64,000 nucleotides of DNA from an uncultured Flavobacteriales bacterium (GTDB lineage: Bacteria; Bacteroidota; Bacteroidia; Flavobacteriales_G; Salibacteraceae), in NCBI GenBank assembly GCA_937121175.1, contig CAKZKD010000037.1, positions 32,000 to 95,999 of the forward strand, given 5' to 3'. A program made the translations under genes and the position numbers. Positions 42,121 to 53,071 of the stretch are shown in pieces. Position 1 is the first letter of the stretch. Each line of letters begins with the position of its first letter. The notes beneath the pieces were generated by a model. That model did no database searches. It saw only the letters and a list, made by a program, of their open reading frames with translations, and was not told the origin of the DNA.

Positions 42121-42146
42121 AAAAAGCCGCTAAAAAGCGGCTTTTC
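42121..42146 (-). terminator. Rho-independent terminator for the paralog-2 lipoprotein gene
   Basis: AAAAAGCCGCT-AAAA-AGCGGCTTTTC has a stem near-identical to the terminator at 41597. On the minus strand it is followed by a T-run. Confidence 0.75.
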
Positions 42147-42165
42147 AATTAATACTTTAGCGAAG

Positions 42166-42459
42166 TTATTTCAACTCACACGTAGTTTTGTCGGTTACTG
42201 TATAGTTGAAAAATCCACCACCTGAATTGTATGTAGATTCAGATTCAAATCCTTTACACCAATCTTCACTTTCTTTTTTCTTCATGCTTTTTGAGAGAGA
42301 AGAAGTTGTAGTACTCGGAGCTGGGAGAATGCTTTGCAAGTCTGGATCTGTTGAAGAGCTTGTTGAAGTTGAAGTACACTCACATGTATAATCTTTTTTA
42401 CAAGAAGTGAATCCGAAAGTTAAAAGAGCACCGGTTGCAATAATTAATACCTTTTTCAT
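42166..42459 (-). CDS. Small Cys-containing lipoprotein (paralog 2)
   Basis: The start is taken at MKKVLIIATGALLTFGFTSC. It has the motifs YTCEC, KKKESEDWCKGFE and TTCELK. Confidence 0.55.
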   Translation of the reverse strand: MKKVLIIATGALLTFGFTSCKKDYTCECTSTSTSSSTDPDLQSILPAPSTTTSSLSKSMKKKESEDWCKGFESESTYNSGGGFFNYTVTDKTTCELK

Positions 42460-42625
42460 TTTTACTGTTTTTTTAAGTTGTTGCAATGATAATACTTTAT
42501 TGCGAAGTGATATTCCTTAATCTAGTGCTCCCCAAAAAAAACAGACGTGGTTCTAATAATAAAAACCATAAAAAGCCCCAAGCAATTCCTTGCTTAGGGC
42601 TTTCCAATTTTATTGTGAAAAACGG

Positions 42626-43198
42626 CTATCTATTCTCCATTTTTTCCATTTCCTTATCAAATGTTTCTTTGAATTTTTCGTAATTGTAATCGATTTTCAA
42701 GTTTTCGTCTTTCTTCAGAGTTTCATTGTACTTACCAACTAACTCGTCACCAGACAATTCAATAGCCACGTAGTATTTAAATTTCCCTTCTGAGGTCTTA
42801 GTAACTTTTTCGCAGATGGTTTTAGTTCCACTTAAGGATTGGTTTACCACAGTTCTGGCGTTAGATTCGAATCGCTCTAAAACTTCTTCTTTATTATTGA
42901 ACTCGGAAGATTTTACGTAGTTATCTCCAACAACTTTCATGGTTGTATTAATGTCACCTGCTAATTGTTCCTTTGCTGCAGACATTGCTTTTTTTCGAGC
43001 AGTCATTTGATCTAAGCTTTCGCCAATAGCATTTGCTCTGAAATATTTTTTGTTCGAGAAATAATCTGGACCTGAGCAGTATTGAGTTAATAGAACTTCT
43101 CCTTCCTTCTTTGGGGTAGATTTCTTGTTTTTACAAGAAGTTACCGAAATAGTCATTGCTAATAATGCTAATGATGCAATTGAAAATACTCGTTTCAT
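42626..43198 (-). CDS. Hypothetical lipoprotein upstream of the MMPL transporter region
   Basis: It has the signal peptide and lipobox AMTISVTSC and a 190 aa charged helical body. Confidence 0.5.
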   Translation of the reverse strand: MKRVFSIASLALLAMTISVTSCKNKKSTPKKEGEVLLTQYCSGPDYFSNKKYFRANAIGESLDQMTARKKAMSAAKEQLAGDINTTMKVVGDNYVKSSEFNNKEEVLERFESNARTVVNQSLSGTKTICEKVTKTSEGKFKYYVAIELSGDELVGKYNETLKKDENLKIDYNYEKFKETFDKEMEKMENR

Positions 43199-43254
43199 AA
43201 TGTATGCTTTAGTGTTAAATTTTTTTTACTAGGTTACCAATTTCAATGCCAAAG

Positions 43255-45558
43255 TTAGGCAGAAATACTTTTTTTGCCGAAAAGCTTACGTTTCTTTTTT
43301 GGTTCTTGAAAGAATAATAATATTAGGACAGGTAAAAAGAACAAATCACTCAGTACAGCAAACAACAATGTTAGACTTACTAATAGTCCAATGTAAAATG
43401 TACTCGAAATAGCTGAACCTACTAAAATTAAGAAGCCACTGCATAGGATTAGGCTAGTAACAACTATTGCCTTTCCTGTCGAAAGGTAGGTCCGTTTTAG
43501 GGCGTAAATTATTGACTTTCCTTTGTTCAATTCAATTCTAAGTTTACTCATAAAGTGAATCGTATCATCAACGGCAATACCAAACGCAATCGCAAAAATT
43601 ATTGAAGTGGAAATCTTAATATTTATGCCTGATAGCCCCATAAACCCTGCAATTACCAACAATGGAAGTAAATTGGGTAATACGGCAATAATTATCATTC
43701 TAAAGGACTGAAACAAAATACCCATAATAATAGCAATAATTATAAAAGCAATAGTGAGACTATAGACAATATTACTCGCAAGAAATTCATTGGTTTTATC
43801 TACTAAAAATGGCATTCCGGTTATTCTGTATTCAATAAGGTCATGGTTCAAATTTGAACGCATGTAATCTTTAAACTCTTGATTGAGTACACGCATCTGT
43901 TTTCCACCTACGTCTTTTACCTTGGCGTTAATTCTACCTTGATAGCCGTTATCGGTAACAAAACTTCTTACATTAACTTTGGGCAATCGACGTAAATTGC
44001 GCTTTACCTTTTTTAGTTCTTTTTCGTCTTTTGGCAACACGTACTCTTCGTTTTTGCCACCTTTTAGAGCTCTTCTAGTTCCTTTAATGAATGTGTTCGG
44101 AGAAACCATGAATCCTGCCCCAAAAACTTTTTCAATGCCTTTTTCAATTTTATCAACCTCTTGCATGACCTCAAAATCGTAAAATGATTTTGTTGTGTCT
44201 TTTAAAGTAAGTGACATTTCAAATGGTCTGAACCCAGAAAAGTTATCCTCAAAGAACCTATAGTCATTCCGCATTTCCTCGCCGCTAGCATAGTCCTCCA
44301 AGAATTTATTATTGAATTCTAATTCGTGAATTCCAATGAAAGAAATACACATGGTTACCAAAACTGTCAAGAAAATTTTTTGCCGTTTTGGAATAAGCCA
44401 CAGAAACAAACGATGTAGTTTTAATGTCCAAAACGAATCATCTCCATGTGCTCCCTTTACCTTAGGCTCTTTGAGTAAGTATAGTAGTGCAGGCAATAAA
44501 GAAAAGGACAAAAAGAAAGCTACATAAACTCCAATTGCAGTTACCCAACCAAACTCCTTTATAGGAACTATCATGGCGGTGTATAGAGACAAAAAGCCAA
44601 CCGCAGTTGTAAAGGCAGTGAAGAATGTTGCTAATCCAATTTCTTTAAAGGCAGTTGTGAGTGCTTCTATTTTTGACTTTTTCTTTCGAAGTTCATCAAG
44701 GTATTTTTCAACAATATGAACAACATTGGAAATACAAACCACAAACAGAATGGTAGGCAATAGGGTGGTCATAAAGTTGATTGGCTTACCAATAAGAGTC
44801 ATAAAGGCAATCATCCATAAAATGGTAATACCAACAACTGCCATAGGAACCCATACACCCCAAAATGAACGAAACGAAACATAGAGAAACGAAATAAGCA
44901 AGAGGCAAGTAATGGACATAAATAGAATCAGCTCAAATTCCATTTTTTTAATGAAGTAGAATGCTCCTTTGATTTTTCCAGCAACGTGTGCCTCATCAAA
45001 ACTAAAACCTTCGATTACTGCTTCAATATCTTGAATGGTTTTATCATTCGCTTTTCGGTCGTCAGATGGTTTTATTTTTAAGAATAAACTCACCTTTTTA
45101 CCATCCTCAGAAAACAAAGACCCTACTAACCCAGGGGCACCAAAAATTCTTACCGAATCTTTTTCATAAAGTTCAGGGCTGTCAATATGTATATAAGCAC
45201 TTTTAATGACTCCAAATGGGCCAATTATTGGGTTGTTAATATTGGTTGGTGAAGCAACTTTTTCAACATAATCTTTTGCTTCAAAGACCTTAGTTAGACT
45301 ATCAATTTGGGTTAAAAACTCTTGATTAAATATACCCGTTTTATTTTCAAGTCCGACCAGTAAAAAATCGTTGTCGGACTCAAACCTATTCGTATGCTCC
45401 CAGTAAAATCGTAAATCCTCGTCGGAAGGAGGAAGGAATTTCTCGAATTTATAGTCGAATTTTACCTGAGGTAAAATGGTAAGCGCTGCCATTGTAATTA
45501 ATCCTACACAGAAAATAATTACTATGGAAAATGTCTTTCTTAACTTGTGATTAAACAT
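43255..45558 (-). CDS. MMPL/RND-superfamily (SSD-type) membrane transporter
   Basis: There are two blocks of about 6 TM helices, each preceded by a large loop, matching the predicted-exporter architecture. The start is moved to the first ATG (MFNHKLRK), since the ORF track uses a TTG at 45576. Confidence 0.8.
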   Translation of the reverse strand: MFNHKLRKTFSIVIIFCVGLITMAALTILPQVKFDYKFEKFLPPSDEDLRFYWEHTNRFESDNDFLLVGLENKTGIFNQEFLTQIDSLTKVFEAKDYVEKVASPTNINNPIIGPFGVIKSAYIHIDSPELYEKDSVRIFGAPGLVGSLFSEDGKKVSLFLKIKPSDDRKANDKTIQDIEAVIEGFSFDEAHVAGKIKGAFYFIKKMEFELILFMSITCLLLISFLYVSFRSFWGVWVPMAVVGITILWMIAFMTLIGKPINFMTTLLPTILFVVCISNVVHIVEKYLDELRKKKSKIEALTTAFKEIGLATFFTAFTTAVGFLSLYTAMIVPIKEFGWVTAIGVYVAFFLSFSLLPALLYLLKEPKVKGAHGDDSFWTLKLHRLFLWLIPKRQKIFLTVLVTMCISFIGIHELEFNNKFLEDYASGEEMRNDYRFFEDNFSGFRPFEMSLTLKDTTKSFYDFEVMQEVDKIEKGIEKVFGAGFMVSPNTFIKGTRRALKGGKNEEYVLPKDEKELKKVKRNLRRLPKVNVRSFVTDNGYQGRINAKVKDVGGKQMRVLNQEFKDYMRSNLNHDLIEYRITGMPFLVDKTNEFLASNIVYSLTIAFIIIAIIMGILFQSFRMIIIAVLPNLLPLLVIAGFMGLSGINIKISTSIIFAIAFGIAVDDTIHFMSKLRIELNKGKSIIYALKRTYLSTGKAIVVTSLILCSGFLILVGSAISSTFYIGLLVSLTLLFAVLSDLFFLPVLILLFFQEPKKKRKLFGKKSISA

Positions 45559-45697
45559 ATAATTCGTTGGCGACAAAATTAATCGAATTCAAATTTTGAC
45601 CCCTGTAAGATTTAAAAATTGTGTTGTAATTCGATGTTGACATTTTAGCATTAATCGAACCAAATCTATTCCGATTGAAAGCTTAGCTTTTTAGAAT

Positions 45698-46063
45698 ATG
45701 GCTATTTTTGATAATCTAAAATCGAAGTCTATGAAGATGCTAAAACACACCCTAATTATTTTTATTTGTTCGTTGTCTTTTTCTATTGCGGCTCAGGAAT
45801 CTGATTATGTGGTAGTTAAAATCTATGAGCCAATAAATAAAAGTGGAGAAATCGTCATTGCCTACGGAAATGATAAGTCGGAAAGTATTCCAATTGAAAA
45901 ACTAAATTCAGACCATCATGAGCATAACTCCAATAAATTAGTTGATGTTTTTAATCGATTAAAGGAGGAAGGCTACGAATTAAAAACTTCAGCATCTTCT
46001 GCTCATGGTAATCCAGCATCAATATTACATGTAGATACTTTTGTTTTTGGTCGTAAGGACTAA
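45698..46063 (+). CDS. Hypothetical secreted protein
   Basis: There is a signal-like segment, MKMLKHTLIIFICSLSFSIAAQ, so the start may be at 45731. I recognise no family. Confidence 0.45.
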   Translation: MAIFDNLKSKSMKMLKHTLIIFICSLSFSIAAQESDYVVVKIYEPINKSGEIVIAYGNDKSESIPIEKLNSDHHEHNSNKLVDVFNRLKEEGYELKTSASSAHGNPASILHVDTFVFGRKD

Positions 46064-46863
46064 TGGGGAAATTCACGAATAAAATTTGTTGGATTACAGG
46101 AGCTTCCTCTGGAATTGGTGAAGCTTTGTGTTATGAATTATCGAAGCAAGGTGCCGAGCTGGTGCTATCTGCCAGAAATGAAAAAAACCTGATTAAAGTA
46201 GCTGGTAATTGTATTAAAATCGGTGCAAAAAAAACTACCGTAGTCCCAATGGATTTAGGCAAAGAAGAAAGTATTGATAATGCTTTTTCTGCATTTTCTT
46301 CGCACTATTCAACCATAGATTTATTGGTGAACAATGGCGGATTGAGTCAGCGAGCAGTTGCATTGGAAACTAGTTATGAAGTCGAGCGAAACTTGATGCA
46401 GATTAACTTTTTTGGAACTATTTACCTGACAAAAAAAGTACTTTCAATAATGACCGCGCAAAAAGATGGAATGATTGCCGTGACTTCTAGCATCGCCGGT
46501 AAATTCGGCTTTCCTCTAAGAACTACCTATTCCGCTACAAAGCACGCTGTGCAGGGGTATTTCGAATCGTTAAGAGTAGAGTTGCTCCCGTACAATATCA
46601 AAATAAATATTATTATTCCGGGTAGAGTGCGAACTGAAATATCAAAGCACGCATTGAATGGTTCTGGAACAGCAACCGATTCTATGGACAAAGGGCTAGA
46701 TGAAGGAATTTCACCTGAAAAAGCTGCAAAGGATATTGTAAAAGGATTTGAGAAAGAAAAAAAAGAAACTTTAGTTGGAGGCAAAGAGCTACTGATGGTT
46801 TATTTCAGACGCTATGCACCCTGGTTATATTATAGAATAGTAAGTAAAATTAGTCCGACGTAA
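46063..46863 (+). CDS. Short-chain dehydrogenase/reductase (SDR)
   Basis: It has the cofactor motif ITGASSGIGEA, NNGG, and the catalytic SS...YSATKHA. Confidence 0.9.
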   Translation: MGKFTNKICWITGASSGIGEALCYELSKQGAELVLSARNEKNLIKVAGNCIKIGAKKTTVVPMDLGKEESIDNAFSAFSSHYSTIDLLVNNGGLSQRAVALETSYEVERNLMQINFFGTIYLTKKVLSIMTAQKDGMIAVTSSIAGKFGFPLRTTYSATKHAVQGYFESLRVELLPYNIKINIIIPGRVRTEISKHALNGSGTATDSMDKGLDEGISPEKAAKDIVKGFEKEKKETLVGGKELLMVYFRRYAPWLYYRIVSKISPT

Positions 46864-46866
46864 ATT

Positions 46867-47925
46867 ATGGGAGTTGTAATAAGTGGAATCCAACAAATTG
46901 GAATAGGCATTCCAAACGTTCAGGAAGCGTTTGATTGGTATAGAAAGCATTTTGGTATGGATATTAAGGTGTTTGAGGAAGCTGCCGATGCCGCTTTAAT
47001 GTTGCCTTATACCCAAAATGAAGTGAGAAGCCGACACGCCATTCTTTCCTTAAACAATCAAAGTGGAGGTGGATTTGAAATTTGGCAATACACAAGTAGA
47101 ACTCCAGTGATGCCAGATTTTAAAATCGCAATGGGCGATTTAGGTCTAAATGCTTGTAAAATAAGAACATACAACGTTAAAAAAACTTTTGAGAAATTTA
47201 AGGCTTTAGATGTTCGCGTACTAACTGAGGTGGTAACAGATCTAAAAGGCAACCCAACGTTTTATATAATGGACCCTTATGAAAATATGTTTCAAATGGT
47301 CCAAGACGATTACGTTTTTCGAGATACCGGTGACGATACTGCGGGACCAATGGGTTGTACCATAGGAGTAGCGGATATTGATAAGGCACTAACACTTTAT
47401 CGCGATATTTTAGGTTATGATAAGGTTTTAGCCGATAAAGAGGGTGGTTGCGAGGAGTACAAAGGATTGAACGGTTCTGGAAACGGCTATAGAAGAGTAC
47501 TGCTCACTCACAATGAGCCTCGTAATGGTTCTTTCAGCAGAATGATGGGGCCTTCAGAAATTGAATTGATTAAAGTAATCGACAGAAAACCTCGAAAGAT
47601 ATTTGACGGGAGAGATTGGGGAGATAGGGGATATATTCACCTTTGTTTCGATATTAACGGAATGGATGAACTGAAAGAACTGTGCGCATCCAAAGGATAT
47701 CCGTTCACGGTAGATAGTGCCAATAGTTTTGATATGGGTGAGGCAGCAGGACGGTTTAGCTATATTGAAGACCCAGATGGTACATTAATTGAATTTGTAG
47801 AAACGCACAAATTACCAATCATGAAAAAACTGGGTTGGTATAAAAACCTGAAAAACAGAGACCCCAAAAAACCATTACCGGATTGGATGTTAAAAGCAAT
47901 GTGGTACACAAGAGTAAAAAATTAA
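46867..47925 (+). CDS. VOC/glyoxalase-fold family protein (two-domain)
   Basis: By eye it shows repeated beta-alpha-beta-beta-beta-like modules (ISGIQQIGIGIPNV..., TIGVADIDKALTLY...). The family call is moderate. Confidence 0.55.
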   Translation: MGVVISGIQQIGIGIPNVQEAFDWYRKHFGMDIKVFEEAADAALMLPYTQNEVRSRHAILSLNNQSGGGFEIWQYTSRTPVMPDFKIAMGDLGLNACKIRTYNVKKTFEKFKALDVRVLTEVVTDLKGNPTFYIMDPYENMFQMVQDDYVFRDTGDDTAGPMGCTIGVADIDKALTLYRDILGYDKVLADKEGGCEEYKGLNGSGNGYRRVLLTHNEPRNGSFSRMMGPSEIELIKVIDRKPRKIFDGRDWGDRGYIHLCFDINGMDELKELCASKGYPFTVDSANSFDMGEAAGRFSYIEDPDGTLIEFVETHKLPIMKKLGWYKNLKNRDPKKPLPDWMLKAMWYTRVKN

Positions 47926-48037
47926 TGTAGCCTAACCTTATTGGAGTTTGACCGTTAATATTTAATAATAAGGTGATTTTAGCGACACATACTTCGCGTA
48001 GAATAGCCTTATTCTTAACCTCGATACAATAAACTTA

Positions 48038-51000
48038 ATGAACGTTTTGCGCAAGCTGTTTATTTCCTTTCTGTTTTTGCTTTTTCAGGCAACAGTATTT
48101 GCGCAGTGCCTTCAAATTATTGATGGAAATGGAATAGCCAGCAACAACCCTAGGTGGGTGCATTGTAATGGCACAGCATACACCTTATTTATTCAAACTA
48201 GCCGAGCAACTGGACCTTATACGATTGATTGGGGTGATGGCACAACAACGAATGGAGCATCCTTTATTCCACCCGCGACTATATCACATAATTATCCGGC
48301 TACCCTTCAAAATTATACCGTAACTTTTACCGAACCGGGTGTCAATTGTATTGTTACGGGTCAATTAGTTGTTGAGCGACCAGTGAATGCCAGTATTACC
48401 AGACCTGTGGGTTCTGGTGGAGCAACAACCATTTGTGCTCCAGGTTCATTAGACTTCATAAACTCCAGCACGGATGCATCAGTGAATACTGTGTTTCGGT
48501 GGGATTTTGGCGATGGTTCACCAATTGTAATAAAAGCAAGCAACGATTCCGGAGTTACTACTTCGCACACCTACCAACGGAATACTGTGAACTGTAATAC
48601 TGTCGTAACATTAGAGGCGGAGAATTTTTGTACCACGGTTCCATCATTTGCATCTGTAGGACCAATCAATATATACGATTTGGATGATGCTGCAATTACT
48701 CCTACTGCAACGTTGTTGTGCTATCCTGATACGTTAGTAGGATTTTTAAACACTTCAGATTTGAATTGTCGTCCAGAGGGAAACACGACACAGCGCTTTG
48801 AGTATTGGAACTTTGGAAATTATTGGGGCGGGGGAGACTCTTTGTTGGGATGGATTCCGTTTGCAAATCCACCTTCGCAAACGTACCCACTGAGTTTTCC
48901 TGGAAAAGGAAGCTATACTATAACCATGGTAGATAGTAACTTGTGTGGAAGAGACACAACTACAACCACCATTGTTATTGGCGATCCGCCAGTTGCACTT
49001 TTTACAACCGACAAAGACACGGTATGCGCAGGAAATCGCATTCGATTTTTCAATAATACTACGGGTGTTGCCAATCAGTCAAGATGGAATTTTGGAGACG
49101 GTGTATGGCGAACACGAGGAATGGGCACCCAAAATAGAACTTTTAATACTCCAGGAACTTTTACCATTCAGCTGGCTGTGTTTAATACAAATGGAAGTGG
49201 AGCATGTACCGATACGGTAAGTCGTCAAATTCATGTTTTGGCAGGACCAACTTCTTCTTTTACTGTAACCCCAGACCAAGGTTGTGACAGTTTACTTGTA
49301 AACATTACAGAAAACAGTGCTGATGCAGCTAAATGGTTATGGGATTATGATGATGGGACAACCGATACTATTTCAAATCCGCTTACACATTTTTATGATA
49401 CCACTGGAAATTTTGATTTAACATTAACTGTAACTCATGCGAATGGTTGTACCGACGCATCAACTGAAACGATAGAAGTATTTAGCTCTCCAATTGTTGG
49501 TTTTACGCCAAAAAATGTGTGCGAAGGTATATTGGCTTCTTTCACCGATAACACAGTAGTTCCTTCGGGTCAGGCATTAACAACTTGGTCGTGGAACTTT
49601 GGAGATGGCGGAACGAGTACCGCTCAAAATCCAAATTACACTTATATAGCCTCAGGAACTTACAAAGTTACCTTAACAGCAAGCACTGCTAATTGTAGTT
49701 CTTTAGATTCATTTAATGTGGTGGTTGAGCCAAAACCAACAGCAGATTTTACCATGTCTGATACCATTGGTTGTTCACCTTTAGGTGTAGTATTTACTAA
49801 TAACTCGCTGGTTTCATCAAATTACGTTTGGGATTTCGGGGATGGAGATACTTCGCACCAAACTTCACCCTCTCACACTTTCACCAACACAACCTCTGCA
49901 ACGGTAAGCTACGATGTAATTCTTTACGCAAATACTGCATTTGGTTGTAGTGACACTCTTCAAAAACGAGTACAAGTTTATGATGTTCCTAATGCTACAT
50001 TTACCAGTAGTGCTGTGCCAGAGTGTGGCCCTTATAATGTTGATTTCACTAATACAAGTACCGGGGGAGTTTCTAATATTTGGGATTTTGATGATGGTGA
50101 CACCAGTCACGCTTCTAACCCAAGTCACACCTTTGAGAATAAAACCCTTTTTATTGAAGTTTTTGAAGTGAAGCTAATAGTGACTTCAACAAATGGTTGT
50201 ACCGACACCGCTTTTCAAAATGTAGTTATCTATCCAGAACCAATATTTACTTTTCAAACATTACCTGATACAGGTTGTAGCCCGCTTAACGTACAATTTC
50301 CGTCCATAACTGGTGCTGTAGCTTACAAATGGTATTTCGGAGATGGAGACAGTACTTTTGGTCCCTCACCTTCGCATGTTTATACCAATTCGACAACCAA
50401 CAATGTTCTATACACTGCAACGTTAATCGCCACTTCAAGTTTTGGTTGTAGCGATACTAATTTGGCTACAATTCTTGTTCACCCGAATCCTTCTGCAGAT
50501 TTTACCGTTAGCGATTCTGTAAGTTGTCAACCGCACAATGTTGTATTTACTAATAATTCAACGGGTTCAATATCCTACGATTGGGATTTCGGAGATGGAA
50601 ATACGAGCACTTCACCTTCAGGTACAGTAAACAATCAGTTTAGGCATAATTTGAGTACAACTCAGAATTATCAAGTGCGGCTTATTGCCGAAACGCAAGA
50701 CGGTTGTTTCGATACGCTTGTAAAACAGGTATCCACATACCCTAAAGTAATAGCCGATTATCAACCAACAGATACTGCGGGTTGCACTCCATTTAGTTTG
50801 ACGTTTAACGACAATTCTACTGGAGGACAGTTCTACACTTGGTCTTTTGGTGATAACAATACTTCGGCCACTACGTCGCCCACACACACCTACAGAAACA
50901 GTACATTGGTTGACCAAATTTACAATCCCAAATTAGTTATTTCATCTCAGTTTGGTTGTATCGATAGTTTACAAGACACCATTATTGTTCACCCATTACC

Positions 51001-53071
51001 AGTTGCGCAGTTTACTCATCCAGTGGTTCGAGGTTGTCATGAGTTGGTGGTAAATTTCATCAACAGTTCTTCTATTGCAGATACCAATATTTGGACTTTT
51101 GGAGACGGGACTATCTTAGGTTCGAACAATAGCAACATTTCCCATACGTATTTAAATACAGGTGCGACCAGTATTTTTAGAGATGTTAAGTTGGATGTAG
51201 AAACGCAGCACGGTTGTCAAGATTCAGCGAAATCTGTTGTGGAGGTTTTTCCTGAGATTATATCAAAATTTGAACATACCGATACAGTCGGGTGCACCGA
51301 TTTGTTTGTTGAGTTTACCGATAGCTCTAAAGGAGCACAATTTTACAATTGGGATTTTGGAGATAACATTAATGCTGGTTCTAAAAGCACGTCCCATGTT
51401 TTTGTAAATCCGTTACTTAGAGACACTACTTATACAGTACAGCAAAAGGTTAGAAGTCCTTTTGGATGCGAAGACTCCAGTACCATTGTTGTTCGTGTTC
51501 ACCCATTACCGATAGCTAGTTTTAATACCAACGTACTCCGTGGGTGCCAACCATTAGACATTACCTTCACCAACAATTCTCAGATAAATGCGAAAAGCTT
51601 TTGGGACTTTAACGATGGAGACACTTCGTTGAGTAATGGAGACCCAACACACACTTTTGAGCACAATGATGTGGTGAGCAAAAACTTCGTGACAAGATTG
51701 ATAGCCGAAACCGATAAAGGCTGTAGAGATACAGTCAGTAGAAGTATTGAGGTGTTTCCGAAAATAACAGCAGACTTTACAATTTCGGACACAAGTGGTT
51801 GCTCGGATCATGAGGTTCAGTTTACGAATACGAGCAGTGGAGAAAACCAATATGCGTGGAGTTTTGGCGATGGAAACTCTGATCGAGTAAGTGACCCACG
51901 AAACATTTTTACCAATACCGATACGGTAGATCGCCAATTTAGAATTCGACTGTTAGTGACTTCCCTTTACGGTTGTGAAGATTCGGTTTTTAAAACTGTA
52001 ACTGTGTATCCGCAGCCACAAGCATTATTTACTCCAAATCCAGTAAATCAAAAGTATCCGAATGCAACGGTAGCGTTAACTAACAATAGTTCTTCAGGAC
52101 CTTGGAATTTTGGCTGGACCTTTGGCGATGGTGCAACATCAACACAAAAGTTCCCAAATTCAAAATTGTACGCAACTTGGGGTGAATACAAGATTCAATT
52201 GATTGCATCAACGAGCAATTGTAGCGATACAGCTGCTCAAACCATTAAAATAGAACCTCCGAAAGCAGTCATTGATTTTAACGCCAGTATTGAAGGATGC
52301 TCACCATTGACATTGGAAATAAAAAACCAAACGATTTTTGGTAAACAATTTCTATGGAATTTTGGTGACGGAGGAACGAGTAGTGCAGAAATACCAGCAC
52401 CATACACCTACAATAGACCTGGCATATATACGGTGACCCTTACCGTAATTGGCGAGGATAATGACATTGTGGAAGAAATAAAAAAAGATAGTATCGTAGT
52501 TTTTGCAGAAGCACGTTCATTTTTTGATTACAGACCAAATGAAGTAAGCGTGCCGAATGATCCATTGATTTTATTCAACCTTTCGGACGATGCTGATACC
52601 TATTTGTGGGATATGGGAGATGGAACCATTTCGACCGAATTAAACCCAGAGCATACCTATCAAGAAGAAGGCGTTTATACCATTTCTTTAATTGCAAATA
52701 ATGAATTTGGTTGTGCTGATACCTTTGAAATAGAGAATGCAGTCACTGCTATTTCTAGTGGTTCACTTGTTTTTCCTACTGCGTTTACTCCAAACTCAGG
52801 GGGACGTACCGATGGCAGTTACGACCCACGCACGTTAGATAATTCTGTGTTTTTTCCAATTTTTGAGGGAGTTGTAGATTATCAACTGCTTATTTTTAAC
52901 CGCTGGGGCGAAATTGTTTTTGAAACAGATGATGTAAATACAGGTTGGGATGGATATTATCGAGACCGAGATGAAATGTGTGCACAGGACGTATATGTTT
53001 GGAAGGCTACTGGAAAATTTGCAAATGGAAAAACCTTTGAAGAAGCAGGGGAAATTACGCTCTTGAAATAG
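48038..53071 (+). CDS. Giant PKD-repeat surface protein with a type-B T9SS (gliding-motility-associated) C-terminal domain
   Basis: 1677 aa with about 17 repeats carrying the W.FGDG....S....H.Y core. The C-terminus is FPTAFTPNSGGRTDG...LLIFNRWGEIVFET...GWDGYY...DVYVWKATG...GEITLLK. Confidence 0.9.
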   Translation: MNVLRKLFISFLFLLFQATVFAQCLQIIDGNGIASNNPRWVHCNGTAYTLFIQTSRATGPYTIDWGDGTTTNGASFIPPATISHNYPATLQNYTVTFTEPGVNCIVTGQLVVERPVNASITRPVGSGGATTICAPGSLDFINSSTDASVNTVFRWDFGDGSPIVIKASNDSGVTTSHTYQRNTVNCNTVVTLEAENFCTTVPSFASVGPINIYDLDDAAITPTATLLCYPDTLVGFLNTSDLNCRPEGNTTQRFEYWNFGNYWGGGDSLLGWIPFANPPSQTYPLSFPGKGSYTITMVDSNLCGRDTTTTTIVIGDPPVALFTTDKDTVCAGNRIRFFNNTTGVANQSRWNFGDGVWRTRGMGTQNRTFNTPGTFTIQLAVFNTNGSGACTDTVSRQIHVLAGPTSSFTVTPDQGCDSLLVNITENSADAAKWLWDYDDGTTDTISNPLTHFYDTTGNFDLTLTVTHANGCTDASTETIEVFSSPIVGFTPKNVCEGILASFTDNTVVPSGQALTTWSWNFGDGGTSTAQNPNYTYIASGTYKVTLTASTANCSSLDSFNVVVEPKPTADFTMSDTIGCSPLGVVFTNNSLVSSNYVWDFGDGDTSHQTSPSHTFTNTTSATVSYDVILYANTAFGCSDTLQKRVQVYDVPNATFTSSAVPECGPYNVDFTNTSTGGVSNIWDFDDGDTSHASNPSHTFENKTLFIEVFEVKLIVTSTNGCTDTAFQNVVIYPEPIFTFQTLPDTGCSPLNVQFPSITGAVAYKWYFGDGDSTFGPSPSHVYTNSTTNNVLYTATLIATSSFGCSDTNLATILVHPNPSADFTVSDSVSCQPHNVVFTNNSTGSISYDWDFGDGNTSTSPSGTVNNQFRHNLSTTQNYQVRLIAETQDGCFDTLVKQVSTYPKVIADYQPTDTAGCTPFSLTFNDNSTGGQFYTWSFGDNNTSATTSPTHTYRNSTLVDQIYNPKLVISSQFGCIDSLQDTIIVHPLPVAQFTHPVVRGCHELVVNFINSSSIADTNIWTFGDGTILGSNNSNISHTYLNTGATSIFRDVKLDVETQHGCQDSAKSVVEVFPEIISKFEHTDTVGCTDLFVEFTDSSKGAQFYNWDFGDNINAGSKSTSHVFVNPLLRDTTYTVQQKVRSPFGCEDSSTIVVRVHPLPIASFNTNVLRGCQPLDITFTNNSQINAKSFWDFNDGDTSLSNGDPTHTFEHNDVVSKNFVTRLIAETDKGCRDTVSRSIEVFPKITADFTISDTSGCSDHEVQFTNTSSGENQYAWSFGDGNSDRVSDPRNIFTNTDTVDRQFRIRLLVTSLYGCEDSVFKTVTVYPQPQALFTPNPVNQKYPNATVALTNNSSSGPWNFGWTFGDGATSTQKFPNSKLYATWGEYKIQLIASTSNCSDTAAQTIKIEPPKAVIDFNASIEGCSPLTLEIKNQTIFGKQFLWNFGDGGTSSAEIPAPYTYNRPGIYTVTLTVIGEDNDIVEEIKKDSIVVFAEARSFFDYRPNEVSVPNDPLILFNLSDDADTYLWDMGDGTISTELNPEHTYQEEGVYTISLIANNEFGCADTFEIENAVTAISSGSLVFPTAFTPNSGGRTDGSYDPRTLDNSVFFPIFEGVVDYQLLIFNRWGEIVFETDDVNTGWDGYYRDRDEMCAQDVYVWKATGKFANGKTFEEAGEITLLK

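Noticed and set aside
41989-42683. ORFs at 41989-42225, 42206-42391 and 42486-42683 on the plus strand
   Set aside because: They overlap the lipoprotein paralogues, their leaders or their terminators in antisense. They have low-complexity, non-protein-like composition.
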